DNA of 64,000 nt from Zootoca vivipara (GCF_963506605.1 NC_083278.1:33108001-33172000), one strand, 5' to 3'; shown: positions 14,587 to 28,192, numbered from the stretch's first letter. The notes: generated by a model not told the origin, from the sequence alone. Translations and numbers: made by a program.

Positions 14587-17500
14587 AAGGTGTATAAAGG
14601 TAAGCAAGTGGCATTATTTTGGAGATGTAATGCAGTGTGCACACGTATTAGATTCAGGCACATGAATTGAAATCCCTGCTGCGTAAAGCAAGTTCAATCT
14701 TTTATTCACCGTCAACAGAGTACACAGAGATGTTCCCAGGGTAAAATAGGTAGGAGAGAAATGTATGTTGTCCTGAGTTTCTTGAAAGAAGAAAACCTCT
14801 AGGGTGGGATAAAAATCTAATACATGAACAAGCAAAGCAGTGGCTCTTTTCAACAGTGTCACAACAATTTTTTGCCTTCTTTTAAACTATGGGAAACTAT
14901 AAGACACAATTTATAACTTTGCCATGTTACCATTTCACCAGAAGTCGATAACAGACGATGACTCGTAGAAGTCCCCACAGCAACAGTTATGATAATTCAC
15001 ACTGATTACTTTAGAATGGGGTCTTAACCTATAATTAAATGGACATACTGACTGTATCGAGATCCTTGAGAACTTCATCCTAATTAACAATAGCAACAAA
15101 CAAATCACTCAAAAATATAATTAGAAATTATGAGTAATTACTGGCTGCAGTGTTTGAAGTTAATTGAATGCAAGGAAGATATGCAGCATATATAATATCT
15201 AGTGAGAAATGGCTGTGTACAACTGAAATCTCTAAAGCTATCGTCACGGGGGAACATACAAAAGAAAAAAAGTTATGGAGACCGCAACCTGATTAATGTG
15301 TTTCGCTAAAGTTTCAAGCATCACCAACTCTCCTTTTGAAAATAAGTTTCCCACTAAAATAAATGGGAAATGTATGTGGTGAATAACAATGGTGTCCATG
15401 ATACTTCTTAAGAAAGCAGTATGAAATAAAAGAATAGTAGGGTGTGTGGCTACATTTTCTACCATGCCTGGAAGTCAGAAAATAAATTACAATAATTCTA
15501 TCTATTCATTTCAGTTTAAGCACATTTTTTTCATTTATGGAAAACAGGTAAACAGAGTCTCTGAAATTATGTCCCTTCACTTTTTTCTATTTTAAGAAAG
15601 CAAATGAATTTTAAATTCTGTTTTAGCTGGTATTTATTTATAAGATTTTTAGAAAAGAACTTGCTTTCCTAAATCTATATGATTTCAGTATAAAGCCCAG
15701 CACACAATATTGCCATTAACTAAAATAAATAATAAAAACTTCTGTGGAAAATTTGCTTTGTATTTTGCTGTTCCTTTTACAAAGGTCAGCTGCTTTTATT
15801 AATACAAACAGGACAGTGATGATTATTACTCTGAATTTTAAGTTAAAACATGGTTTGTGAGACGGTGTTTAGCATTATTTGTTGGCTATAGCGGCAATAG
15901 CTCATGTTAACCAGTCCTGATAGCATTACTGTCATATCTAAGATATAGATAAAAGCAAACCTGTAGCAGCCCAAATTCTATCACCTGTTACTCTTTGCCA
16001 GTAAATAAACACAAGAACAGGTGCAGGCTAGCATAAGGCCAAGACTTTATCCATCTAATCTAGGGATGAATACGACAGGCCACCATCTGGTCCTTGTGTT
16101 CCCCATAAGTAAAATACAGCCATATAATTTAATCATTTTCAAACTTCAGTTGCAACTTACCATTTTATTTCCTAGGCAGAGCATGTTGTCGTGTCTTCCC
16201 AGGGATGGTGACAAATTAACTGTTCTCATTCTGAATTTCAGATGCAGCCAGTTTACGCAGGGAGAGAGAGCGCCTCACTGGTCACTAAGGAAACCTGACA
16301 CCAAGGGTTTAGTGACACTACCAGATGGCCGTGCCCTGACTGAGGAAGCTGGCAAGCACATAAGAGGATGGAGAAAGCTTGCAGGTGAGGAAGGTAAACA
16401 AATAGTGTTTTCCAATGAGTGTACCCAAGCCCTTTTGGGAAAGAGACTAGGTGCAGGTTCCATACTGTACCCCATTCTTATTGGGAATATAGTCATATTT
16501 AACATATATTTATATCAGCATAACCTAGGTGATAGAAATGTGATTGTTCTGTGAGCCAATAAGCTAATCCTTCTTGAGCTATCCGTGTTATATAACACTT
16601 ACCAGTGTTCTGTGCTGTAATTTTATTCACAGTATGCTCTCCTAAACTTCCATTCCATTATTTAATAACACCAGTAACGCAGGTAACTGGACGATAAACA
16701 GAATTATGGAAATAAAATCTGTGAAGAAAACAAGCCCCAGTTTGAAACATTCTAGTTCCAACCCACTTTGAACAAATCAGCCATTTTTTAGGATTTTCAT
16801 GGCATTTTTAACATTGGCATATGAAAGCACCCTCATTTTAGTTCTATATTTGTGTCAGTTATCTCACTTGTTTCTTAATGTGGCTTGGGTTTCGGTGTGG
16901 TGGGGAGGGGAGGGCTGAATTGCCAAGCAGCTCTTAGGCATGTCTTGTGCTGAAAACTACAAGTCCTAGGAGGTAACATGATGAACAATGGCACCAGATA
17001 TTACATGTAGGAACCAACATTGTTAGTCAGGGAACGGAAAAATCCTCTGAGGCAAATAAGCTGCTCCTGCTGGGATACTGCCTGAGTCTGCTTTCAGTGG
17101 CCAAACTGATCCTGAATGGAGCTGAGGAAATTCCACTTCATACCATGTGGCAAAAATCCACTTTGTAGAATCCTTTTCTTCCAGAAGTGGTGTGTGCGTG
17201 AGTGTAAGAATCTGTCAGGCAATGACATTCGAGCTTTCCATTGAATTCATTTGTCAGTGAAATATTTCTGAAAGTACAGTGCAATAACTTATGCATTCGT
17301 GCTATGAATGATGTGTTGTTGTTTTTAACCTTTCAGTCACTTTCACATTCATTGTAGTACAGTTAATAATAAAAAAGGTGTTGCCATACCTCACTGTGTT
17401 GCACATGTTGAATAACATCCTGCTCAACAGGACTGCCAGGGAAATTAATGAGATTACTGCTAAGCACGAGTAACAGATAAGATCTCAGTCCATTTCCTAA

Positions 17501-18493
17501 TGAAGAATTGTCTGGCAACTCACCATTTCTTTATATAAATGGTTTGTCACTTCTGACCTTTATCAGGATTCTCTGCATCAGAAGAGCATAATTTTTCATT
17601 AATATACCGCCCCTCACTCCACAGCATAAACATTGACATTCACAAAAGGATGAAATAAATGTGTTGGATTCAGGCTATGGTAAAACTTGCATGTCCCATT
17701 GATATTTACTTGAGACCCATCAGTTTTAATGGGAACTGTGGAACTGAGAGAGCAATCCAAACTAAAGATCCACCGGGACATGTGAGTTTGGATCGCTCTG
17801 CTGAATCTCAGTGCTGCCAGGCTACACAAGCGTTAAGCCCCAAATCCCTACTTAGTCGGGCATACACTGACATAACTCCCTCATCCCGGCTCAGCCAGAA
17901 CCCAGTGGCTGAGCCAAGACCATTGGATCTTATGCTGTTGGAAGCCTCCCTAATAGAGCATTCCAACAGAGCGATGAGGATAGGACTGGGCATGGGGGAC
18001 ATGTTGAATCCTGACTCAATTCAGCTCAGTCATGGCACCAAGGAGGAGCTTGCATAGACAAAAAAAAAAGTGGTGTAAACCAGACTCTGTTTTAACATAC
18101 TTATGCTTATAACAACCTTGTGAAGCAGTTCTAGTTGAGATATGATTTGTTACAGTGTATTTATCATGCATTGGTGGAAGTGTTGGAATATGGTATTAAC
18201 TGATTAATCTACTGGTTAAATGTGAGTAAATATTTTGGAAAGATCATTCACTTTATAGCAGCAGCCTGCATTTCTGCTTTCCCTGTTTCTGTGTAACATG
18301 CAGTGTTATTTTAGGATAGCATAAATACTTAGACACTCAAGTAGCAAAGCAGTTAGTTTCATTGATAAGGATGGAAGTTACTGGTTACTACTAGCCAAAT
18401 CTTGTAGAGGCAGGGAGTACCACTTACCTTCTTAAAAAATTCAGAGAGCGAGCACATTGTGTTCTAGTTTTAGCATGGAGTATACACTAAAGA

Positions 18494-18635
18494 GCCTAGA
18501 GAGCTCAGTTGGGTAGACCATGGTCCTGATAACGCCAAGGTTACAGGTTTGATTCCCATGGGACAGCTGTGTATTCCTGCATTGCAGGGGGTTAGACTAT
18601 ATTATCCTCAGGGTTGCTTCCGACTCTACAATTCC
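18494..18635 (+). mobile_element. tRNA-Ile-derived SINE with CR1-type 3' tail
   Basis: Head AGCTCAGTTGGGTAGACCATGGTCCTGATAACGCCAAGGTTACAGGTTTGATTCCC resembles tRNA-Ile (A/B boxes); tail TTCCTGCATTGCAGGGGGTTAGACTAT...CTTCCGACTCTACAATTC. Confidence 0.75.
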
Positions 18636-18774
18636 AAGTCCAACATTCTGTTTTCATAGTGGTCAGCCAGATCCCTTTGGTAAGCCCACAAGCAAGACAT
18701 GAATGTACTTGGAGTAACAGAGACAGGTTTTATTTTTGAGACTTGCTCAATGCCTTTGGTTAAAAAATAAATTT

Positions 18775-18926
18775 CATAATACCATAGATTTGTAGAGTTG
18801 GGAGAGACCATGAGGGTCATCTAGTCTTAACACCCTGCAATTCAGGAATCTTTTTGGCCAACGTGTGGCTCGAACCCACGACCCTGAGATTAAGACTCTC
18901 ATGCTCCACCAACAGTGCTATCTGGG
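18775..18926 (-). mobile_element. tRNA-Lys(CTT)-derived SINE with CR1-type 3' tail
   Basis: Reverse complement GGTGGAGCATGAGAGTCTTAATCTCAGGGTCGTGGGTTCGAGCCACACGTTGGCC is close to tRNA-Lys-CTT, followed by TTCCTGAATTGCAGGG...GACTAGATGACCCTCATGGTC...CCAACTCTAC. Confidence 0.85.
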
Positions 18927-19071
18927 AAGGCCTTATTGAATTATTTTTCATAACACTGCGGTCCATATGTTTGTCTAGTGTAGATCCTAGATCTGACACT
19001 ATATCCACCCTTTTCTTTATTCTGCCAGTTTTCTTTAAAACTTCAAAGACAGTAAAGTATAGTAATAAATC

Positions 19072-19853
19072 GTGTCCTCCCTCAAAGAGGGCACGTGTTG
19101 CGGTGAGACCTGGCAACCAAACCCTGTGTTGTGGGTGGGTATGATTGGATAGCCACAACACCCTATTGGTAGGTCCCTCGATGCAGGGTTCAATCAGGCC
19201 AATGGGATGCTGTCTAAATGGATCGAGGGACCTTTATATACCCATGCACTTGACCTAGAGCTTCCTCTTTGGTCTGTGCATCGGAACACCCACCCACCTC
19301 TCCCTACTTTTAGGGTCTTGCACTTGACCTTGCTATGCCGTCGTGTGTCGTGTGTTGTCTGTTGTTGGACAGGGGCATGGCAGGAATTTCCCCCACTTGG
19401 CTGATTGGCTGTTGCCATTTGGGTTTCGCCTGCTGCATAGCAAATCGTCACAACTTGTAAGGGTGCGGATAGGCTCTGGTTCAGGGGATGGGGATGGGGG
19501 AGTACTCTTGCCATCCCTATGTGAAGGGTATTCCGTTAAAGGTTTGGTCAACCCTGTGAGGGGGTTGTGCCCGTGCCTTAGTCCAGGGGGACACCTGAGT
19601 GGTGGACGTAGCATGTCCCCAGCTTTCCGCCAATCCAGGTGTTCACCCTAGGCAGACCTATGCTGGTGTCCTGGGTCAGTGCTACCTGCAAGGGTGCAGG
19701 GAGTTAGTTGAACCAGAGCCTATGCAACCACTCACTTGCTGTAATCAATAAAGTTGTGGCCTAAATTCTGCCAAAAACCAAACCAAAATTTGAGTCTTGC
19801 TTGAATTTATTTAAGGGGAAGGTTTAAAGTCAAGTGTCACAAACTCAAGACAC
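19072..19853 (+). mobile_element. LTR-like repeat (probable solo LTR)
   Basis: CCAAT/ATTGG boxes (~19144-19203), TATA-like TTTATATA (~19233), AATAAA (~19747), GTGTC...GACAC ends, second partial copy at 8417; no clean TSD found. Confidence 0.55.
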
Positions 19854-22314
19854 ATTATATCTATAAAAACCAGAAGATCGGTTTCATGCACCATTACAAA
19901 TGGCTACAGATTTTATTTTCAGACTTTGGAGAGAGAGAGAGAGAAGTTTATGTTACTTTAAGAATTTTTTTCTTCTTCAGAAAATGTTATGAGAACAGAG
20001 TAGGCTCTCTACTATCAAACTCCGGGGTCTTGTTATAAAGTTATATTCAATTGCCCTGATGGAATATTAATAACAAAGTAATATAGAACTTTCAGATGTG
20101 CTTTGTCATTTAACTTGCAGTATAATCTGAATTTGTTTTGGTTTTGTTAAATACTAGCACTTCATTTGCTTGTACTCCCATTGTGACTTTGCCAACACTT
20201 TCCCCTATAGCTTCTGGCTTGGCTCTATTAAGTCATCTAGAACTACTTGTTTTTTCCATCTTACCATGTTCATTTCGGCATGGCGCACCCAGCTTCTTTG
20301 GTGCCATTATGTAGAATGGATGATGCACTCTGAATGGGAGTAGTGGAGGCTGTGTTGCTAGACAGTTATGCAACAATACATATAGCAGCTTAGAGTTCCA
20401 TTTCACCCTCATGAAAAGAAGTGTTGCAGACAAGGGCAATATCAATTATGTGCTGATTTTGGGTGATAGGTTTTTGTGTGCATGTGTGTGTGCTCTTAGT
20501 TCTGCAGAGAGCGTGTTTTTTGTGTATTTATGTTTTAATGAATTATATTATTTGTTTTAAGAAGATGCTAGTTTCATACTTAGTCACATATTTTATTTAG
20601 AACTTGCATGCCTAGCTCAGATTGCAGCAGGCCTGTTCTACTCTGATATGCTTCTAAATAAGTGTGCTTTAGAGAATGTATTTCATTTTGTCCATAGTTT
20701 CCTTCTAAAATATATGCATTTCATTTTGTAACAAATGTGTTTTGTTATGCAGTGATATAATTTCTGTGCATGTATCTGTTTCACAACATGACTTATGTTC
20801 CTAATGGCATCTCAACTTCTTCCTTCTTTAAAATTAAATCAAGTGTGATCTGTTTATCTGTGCCTGCTTTCTCTCATATATAACAATGATGACAGGGAAA
20901 TGCATCTTTATCATGTCTTTCTGAAAAACTGAAACATTATCTTTATAACCAAAGTTCATGCTGGTAAAATGGAAAGATTGAATATAATGACCTCCCCCAT
21001 CCCATCCCCCAAAGTGAACTGATAGGCACAATTCTTGATCTCAGCATTCCCATGTCTTTGATAAGCACACCTCTGATGTTCTTTAGCACCTACAACAGAC
21101 TGTGTGCAACACTAACCCATTTGTAGCACAAAAATTATAGTTTCTCTCAAAAGAGAATTGATCAAGCTCATCCTGCAAGAGGGTGCTTTAAATCTAGATG
21201 AAAATAGTGAAAACAACGTATTAGAGAAAACCGTGAAAACTGCTTTGCAAAAAATATATATGTGTCTATTAGGCAAAAATTAGGGGAAAGTCACACTAAA
21301 CTACTGATGAATTTTTATGAGGACTTAAATTATTGCCTTTCTGGAATGTGTGAAGCGATCTCTATTGAATATATTAAGCTTATCTATCAATGCAGATCAA
21401 GTTGTGGAAAACCCATACAAAGCAATATGGGTCCTTCTATAATACACCAAAAGCAGTGTACAGTATCCACTGGTTTCCCAGTGGCCAACCTGTTTTCTTT
21501 CGAAATCCAGCAGCAGAGCATGAAAACATTATGCTGCTTCTGTTCCTGATCTATGTGTCTAGTACCTGCAATGGATTCCTTCTATTCCTTCCTAACAGCC
21601 AGATTGGGTGACCGAACTGTGCCCCCAGTCACCAAACACCTTTAGCACACTGTCCTCGCAGACTTCTGGGGATTCCAAAGAAATAGCCACAAAGGGGAGG
21701 CAGGGATAGCCACCAATTGTCCCTCTCTCTTCCACAAGACTAGCAAACCCAATTCTTGCCTTTTTATAGTATGGAACAATCACCTACTGTGGGCATGTGA
21801 GGGCTAAGAATGCCCTTTGAGTCTGACAGGAATGCACATGAAACCCTACCAGATAGTTTTACAGAATTTGTTTAGAAAAAAATAAAATAAAAACACAAGG
21901 CAAGAGCATAAAGGTAAAAAGCAGAACAGTTCCTCGAAATATAAGAAACAGTTCAATCCAAGTCTAGCTAGCCTATTTCAGCTCCTTGAATAGAAACCTC
22001 TGGGTACCTCAGATACAGAATATCCAACAATGACAGTCTGAGGAGATGAAGATCACAGGGCTGTCTAACAACCAGCTTTAAATAGTTGCCAGTCCAGGTG
22101 AATTCTGGATGAACCCACCAGAATTAAGCAGCTGAGCCCAATGTGGTCCCTTAACCAAAAGAATGTCCAGGGGTGTGAGACTGAAATCGCTTGGGGGGGG
22201 GGTGCCTAATAGAAAGACGACACAACAACTTTATCCCAACCCTTGGACAATGACTCCTCCAGTTACAAATAATAGCACTCAAGGGCGCAGGTTGGGGACA
22301 TCAGACCTGCACCA

Positions 22315-22870
22315 ATCATCTTCTTCTTTGGTGATGACTCGTAGCTGAGTAAGATTGTCTTCCATAAACACGGTTTTAACAATGGGTCCGTAAGTGACTG
22401 TGGAGGCCAATTCTGGATCCACACGTCCTTCCACAGTGGGGACATTGGTTTCCAGGCGGGAGTTGATCATGGTGTGGATTTGTCAAGCGTGCCTTCCTCT
22501 TGGCACGTTTCTCCCTTGCGTCCCGAGATCAAGTTTCTTCAAAGCCCATGACACCTTTGGTAAAGGCTGTTCTCCAACTGGAGCGCTCGCAGTTGTCAGT
22601 GTCTATACTACATTTTTTAAGATTTGCCTTGAGACAGTCTTTAAACCTCTTTTGTTGACCACCAGCATTATGCTTTCCATTTTTAAGTTCGGAATATAGT
22701 AGTTGCTTTGGAAGACGATCAATAGGCATCCGCAAAACATGAGCAGTCCAACGAAGCTGATGTTGAAGAATCATTGCTTCAACACTGATGATCTTTGCTT
22801 CTTCCAGTACACTGATATTAGTTCGCCTGTCTTCCCAACTGATGTGTAAAATATATCCACATTGTGCAAG
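22315..22870 (-). mobile_element. RTE-clade LINE 3' fragment (not BovB)
   Basis: ORF 22529-22957 contains ILHISWEDRRTNISVLEEAKIISVEAMILQHQLRWTAHVLRMPIDRLPKQLLYSEL...GGQQKRFKDCLKANLKKC, the RTE RT C-terminus; short (GAA/GAT) tail near 22315. Confidence 0.85.
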
Positions 22871-25800
22871 GGGATGATCATGCATGTGGGAAATATTGAG
22901 CACAGTCATGCTTCTGTAATCATGTTGAAGAATTCTCATAAAGCAGAACACTGGCACACTGCAACCAAACCATTTGGTGGGGTGTGTTATTTATTTCTGG
23001 TTATGAATTACTTCCTATAAAATATTCCAAAGTGATTTCAAAATAAAAACATCAGCAATCAAAACAACCAAAACAAGTTCATATATTCAAGCAATCAAAA
23101 CGTATATAGAATCAAAACAATTTCATATATACAGAAAGAGAGAGACACATACTGTACGCACACACACCGTATCATATCAAATACAGACTGGGATGTACTC
23201 TAACAAATCCTACCTCTTCAGAACCCACTGCTCTTATCTGCCTTTCAGTGGAAGCAAATGCAATGCTAATTTGCAATAAATTATTTTGAATATGTTACAT
23301 ATCAGCCACTATTAAGAAAACCAGTTTGTGTGCAGTTGTGATTCATTAGTTAATGTTTGCACAGTACTTTGGCAGTGAAAAACACTGTCTAAATGTTAAA
23401 TATGAATGTCGTATAGAACAGTCCACACAGAAATAAGGAGTACTTAGCAATGTGACCTGTGGTCACATCTTCCTGACTGAGATTAATAGGACACAGTGTA
23501 ATAATGTTAAATCCTTGCACAGAGGAATTTAATAATGGATGATTCACAAAATTATTTCCTGCTCACATTTTCAAACACTTAATAAAAAAATGCATTCATT
23601 AAAAATAATAATCACAAAGGATCACAGATTAATCCTTGTCTTGCTTTTTAAAAGTATGTAAGATTTATCGCAAAATGCAGTCCGATAGCTACCAAGATAA
23701 TGGGCCAGTTCATACGCTCTGAAATGTTCCATGAAGAGCAGAACTACATGGGGGAAGTAATAGATGAGCTGGTGGGAAGCCACTTTGACAGATGCAATCA
23801 TTGCAGCAAAGTTTTCATCTGCCTGCGCAGTGAGGAATGATCTCCGGTTGGTCATACTGGCTCACATGTTATTTCTTCCATGTGGCTCCATGGACAGGGC
23901 TGCTCTGCCTGACGGATTTTAGTGATGGCCCTATAATGTTCATAATGAAGTGTGCTTCCACTTCCTATAAGGGTCATTGTGTTCACATCCTGAACCAACT
24001 GCCTCTATTAAGCCAAGAGAGACAAACATGAGAACAGGAAGAAGAGACAAAAGTGACCTATTACGGTTGTAGTTTATATCCTATTTATTTCTGAAGCATC
24101 CCTGCTGACTTTAATAGGATCCTTTTGGAGTTAGTGTGTCATGGCTCAGATTCCTATATAAATCCTAATATACACGGCACTAGCAAATAAATTTCTAGTA
24201 TGCCGATGTTGACTGTACCATGAAACTACCTGAAGCAGCTTACACTATGAAAGTTGAGTTTGCCAAATTGATTTTTACCTTTCTTTTTAACCTTCACTCC
24301 ATGGTTAGAAAAAAAGAGGCATTTTTACTAAACCGGCAAAACAAGAGTTATTGAATGTTTCAGTGAATGTCTATGGAGATTTCAAACAAGAACACCACAG
24401 GGCGGGTTTCAAAATATGACCCAAAAAACCCTCACAAACTGGCAAGATGGCTTAATTTTCTGGATAATTTAGATCTAATTGACAGCTTAACCAGCTCTGT
24501 GGACCAAACAGATGTGCAAATTATCCATGTATCCTTGTCTACAGGGGGCTCAGAGGAAAATTATATACAGAAAAAAGCTGTCAAACACACACATTTGAAA
24601 TTTGGATCACCGGAAAAGGCTGCCATACTCTTACCAGGAATCCTTTTGGTACATTGCAGGGCTGGTGCAAAGACGGACTAACCTAGTATAATAGTGCATA
24701 GTTCCAATCTGTACATTAGTCACGGGGGCTGTGAATTAGGGTCGGTTCTTTTAAATATACAGACTGAACTAAGCTCTCCTCCATCCCAATTGGAAACACT
24801 GAATCAACGTTGTGTACATGTTAGTTGATCAATGTGAAACTGGAATTCAGTGAGACTGCTCAAGATAACAGTGGAAAGGGACTTTCCAGAAAATGTGAAT
24901 ATATATTGTGAGAAGATTGCGAGTAGCATCAGAAAACATCAGGATGGGACACTTACAACTGGTCCATCAAAAGTATTGTGACTTTCATACAGGAGAGAAG
25001 AACTTCAGGAGTAATCGTTGAATTCTTGGATCCTAATAATAATAATAATTTAATGCCTTACCTTATAGACCTTGGATGGGCATGTTTCTCAACTTCTTCA
25101 GAGTGCTATATATTAATGTTGATTTGGGTAACTGAGTTTTTGTGTGTGTGTTTTTTTTTTAAAAAAATCGTAATATGAGGTTTTAGGGATTAGCAGTTTT
25201 CCTAGAAAAGCTATGGTTAGATGTTGACCAGAAAATCTAATCTTAAAAAAGCCAGTCCCCACCCCTCCAAAAATTGTAAACATGAATCATTTGGAAAGAT
25301 TAGAACTCCTGGCTGGTGTGGTATAATGGGAAGATCACAGAACTATAGCAAAGATGGTGAACCTGTTGGATTAAAACCTCCACCATCCCTGATCATTGAC
25401 CCTGCTAGCTGTGGTGGATTAACTTTCATCAGACGCAGCTAGCAGGGCCAAAAATCAGGGATCATGGAAGTTGTAGTTCACCAAAACCTGAAGGGCACCA
25501 TGTAATGCGGTAAAACAATTATACATGTTAGCTGGACAGAATGGGTTAATAATTTTCCTTGGTACTGTACCTGAAAATACTATGATTCCTTAATATCTTA
25601 GTTTCCAACTGACTTGGAAAGATATTCAGAACACATTTCAAATTCAGAGAGGACAGTTTTGAAACGCTTACGATATGATCAAATCAAAGCAAATTTTCGC
25701 AGTAATGCTTAAAGGTGAAAATGAGGGCTTTGATACAGTTCTTTTTCTAACAAGGCTATTTCCCTGTCAAATTAGATCTTGATCACCAGTATCTTTGACA

Positions 25801-26935
25801 TTAAAGAGATTTATAGGCTACTAGTGATCTTCCTGAGCAATTTCCTCTCCCCCCCCTGCTAACCCCCTCCCCCAAGCCTTCTGAAAAATACAAAAATGTT
25901 GAAGCATTCAACAGAAATAAAAGTAACAACACTAAGGGAAGCTTATAAGTGGCAGGCAAAATAATTCATCTGGCTAGGATATTTTGTTCCAGGAACAGTT
26001 ACTTCTACTTCAGGATGATTAATGGATTATGTTAGAAAGAATGGAATAAGTAGACGTGTAGCCACCTTTACTAAGCATACTTAATGGAAGTGAACAAGAG
26101 ATCATCACATCAAGTCTATATGCTCACATCTTCTAATTGCTACCCATACACCACACAGAGACTGCTAGTGCAGGGATGGATTTAAGTAGTTGTAATATTC
26201 CTGCAAGTCCTGGCCTGAAGTGGTATCAGTCCAATCAGCAGTTCCCCAGAGCAGTAGGAAAAACTCACCATTTTCAATACCCATTGTCCTTGTCCTTCCA
26301 CTTCCTCCCACCCACCCACCCACCTTGCTGTCAGCTGCAGAAAAATGTTTATGTTAGTGTTAAATTAATAACTCTAGTAGCATAAAACCAAAAGAGATTT
26401 GTAATTGGCACATCGTCTGAGCACAAAATCAAAGTGTTTGCCCTGTAATAATTTTATATTAAGTTTGCACTTGAGGACTGCTTAAGAGGAAAGATGAATT
26501 GGTTGGTTTTGCATTCATTTGTGCCTATTGACAACACTGGAGGAGGGTACTGATGTTTCTAAAGCTAGGTTGTCACAAATGGGTTTAAGTGAACATAGGG
26601 ATTATTACGAAGGTAATAGGAAACGACTGCCACTCCAGTGGAAGAATAATAAACTTAAGAGTAAAGGATCCCTGGCCAGTTAGGTCTGGTCAAGGGTGAC
26701 TATGGGGTGCAGCACTCATCTCGCTTTCAGGCCAAGGGAACTGGCGTTTGCCCACAGACAGCTTTCCGGGTCATGTGGCCAGCATGACTAAACTGCTTCT
26801 GGTGCAATGGAACACCGTGACGGAAACCAGAGCACATGGAAACATCGTTTACCTTCCTGCCACAGTGGTACCTATTTATCTACTAGAGCTGGTATTCTTT
26901 CAAACTGCTAGGTTGGCAGAAGCTGAGACAGGGCA

Positions 26936-28192
26936 TAAGTGGTGGAATTGTAAAATAATTAAAATTATTGGGAAATGATTTATAATGAAATGGGAAAAAA
27001 ATGTTTAAGTTAACTTTTGTTAAGAGACCAGCAGCTTTCTTATTAGGCATTTCAGGTGAAGACCTGCCAAAAGATAAGACAACTATTTATGTACTAGTGT
27101 CATTCAGCCCGTTCAGTAAACGGGCGCTAGCCGGGCGGGAACGGAGGGGAAGCCCTGGGACCGCGCAGGCGTCACCTCTGTCGAGCACCTGAGGCCCACC
27201 GGGCCCTCCTCCGCTTCCTCCCGCTGTCCTGAGTGGTGACGGCCTCCTCCACCTCCCTTCTCCTCCTCACCTGAGGAGAAGGAAGAGGCCTCTGCTGCCG
27301 CCTCCCGTAGCGCGCCTCAGGTAAGCACGCCGCCCCTCGCTCTCCCGCCTCTCCGCCCCTGCGTCACTCCGCTGCAGCTCCCACTCTCGCCCCACCCGCC
27401 AGCGAGCACCTGAGGCCCACCGGCCCCTCCTCCGCCTCCTCCCGCTGTCCTGAGTGGCGACGGCCTCCTCCACCTCCCTGCTGCGGCGGAGTGACGCGGG
27501 ATGGGAGAGCGAGGGGCGGCGCGCTTACCTGAGGCGCACTGCAGGAGGTGGCAGCAGAGGCCTCTTCCTTCTCCTCAGGAGAAGGGAGGTGGAGGAGGCC
27601 GTCGCCACTCGGGACAGCGGGAGGAGGAGGAGGAGGGGCCGGTCTCTGTGCTCCAAGTCTCTGTGTCCAATCCCTGTGTCCATGGGACACATGCGCAGTA
27701 GCGCAGACACAGGGACTGGACGCAGAGACACAGGGACTTTATTATATAGGATGCTACAACTGCAGCTAGGATTCTGCGAGCCCAAAGATGGAAAAGTGAT
27801 GAAATACCTACAAAAAGAACAATGACAAGAAAAACTGATGGAGTATGCTGAAATGGCGAAGTTAACTGGAAGACTCAAAGATAAGGACAATAGAGACTTT
27901 TTAAAAAAACTGGGAACCTTTTATATCTACAGAAACAATGTAAAGATATGAACTCACTTGCAGGGTTTGACTAACCACTTACAATTAGCAAAATAAATAG
28001 TGAAAATAGAAAAATGAGGATAAAATAAGCAGGCGAAATGAATGTGTAAGAAACCAGGAAGGGAAGTTGGGGGAAGTCATGGGGAGGGAGTAACTGAGAA
28101 TTCATTTTGTGTTTATATTGTTAATTGTGATTTTGTTTAAAAAGATGTAAAATTTAATAAAAATCATTTACACACAAAAAGAAAGAAAGAAG
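26936..28192 (+). mobile_element. 5'-truncated L1-clade LINE (ORF2 C-terminus, 3' UTR, A-rich tail), itself interrupted by a Helitron
   Basis: 17-bp TSD GAAGCTGAGACAGGGCA (26919-26935 / 28193-28209); reads WWNC...YWEMIYNE..KMFKLTFVKRPAAFLLGI...LFMY|ATTAARIL..QRWK...LMEYAEMAKLTGR; AATAAA near 28156. Confidence 0.85.
27094..27751 (-). mobile_element. Non-autonomous Helitron (658 bp)
   Basis: Minus strand starts 5'-TCCTATATAATAAAG and ends CTAG-3'; hairpin GCCCGTT-TACTG-AACGGGC lies 9 nt before CTAG; inserted between A (27093) and T (27752) with no TSD; removal restores the L1 frame. Confidence 0.9.

Noticed and set aside
16021-16554. 177-aa ORF
   Set aside because: Non-ATG (GTG) start, no recognisable domain and no convincing exon boundaries.
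18494-18560. tRNA-Ile gene
   Set aside because: Degenerate stems fused to a CR1-type tail, so it is a SINE head.
18855-18926. tRNA-Lys(CTT) gene
   Set aside because: Acceptor and D stems are mutated and it runs directly into a CR1-type tail, so it is a SINE head.
21600-22266. Possible LTR ending in GTTACA
   Set aside because: The other terminus and a TSD could not be identified.
24878-24887. Canonical NF-kappaB site GGGACTTTCC
   Set aside because: A single 10-mer without supporting context can occur by chance in 64 kb.
27130-27650. CpG-island promoter or GC-rich first exon (ORFs of 66-123 aa)
   Set aside because: It lies wholly within Helitron termini; the ORFs are by-products of GC-rich internal repeats.
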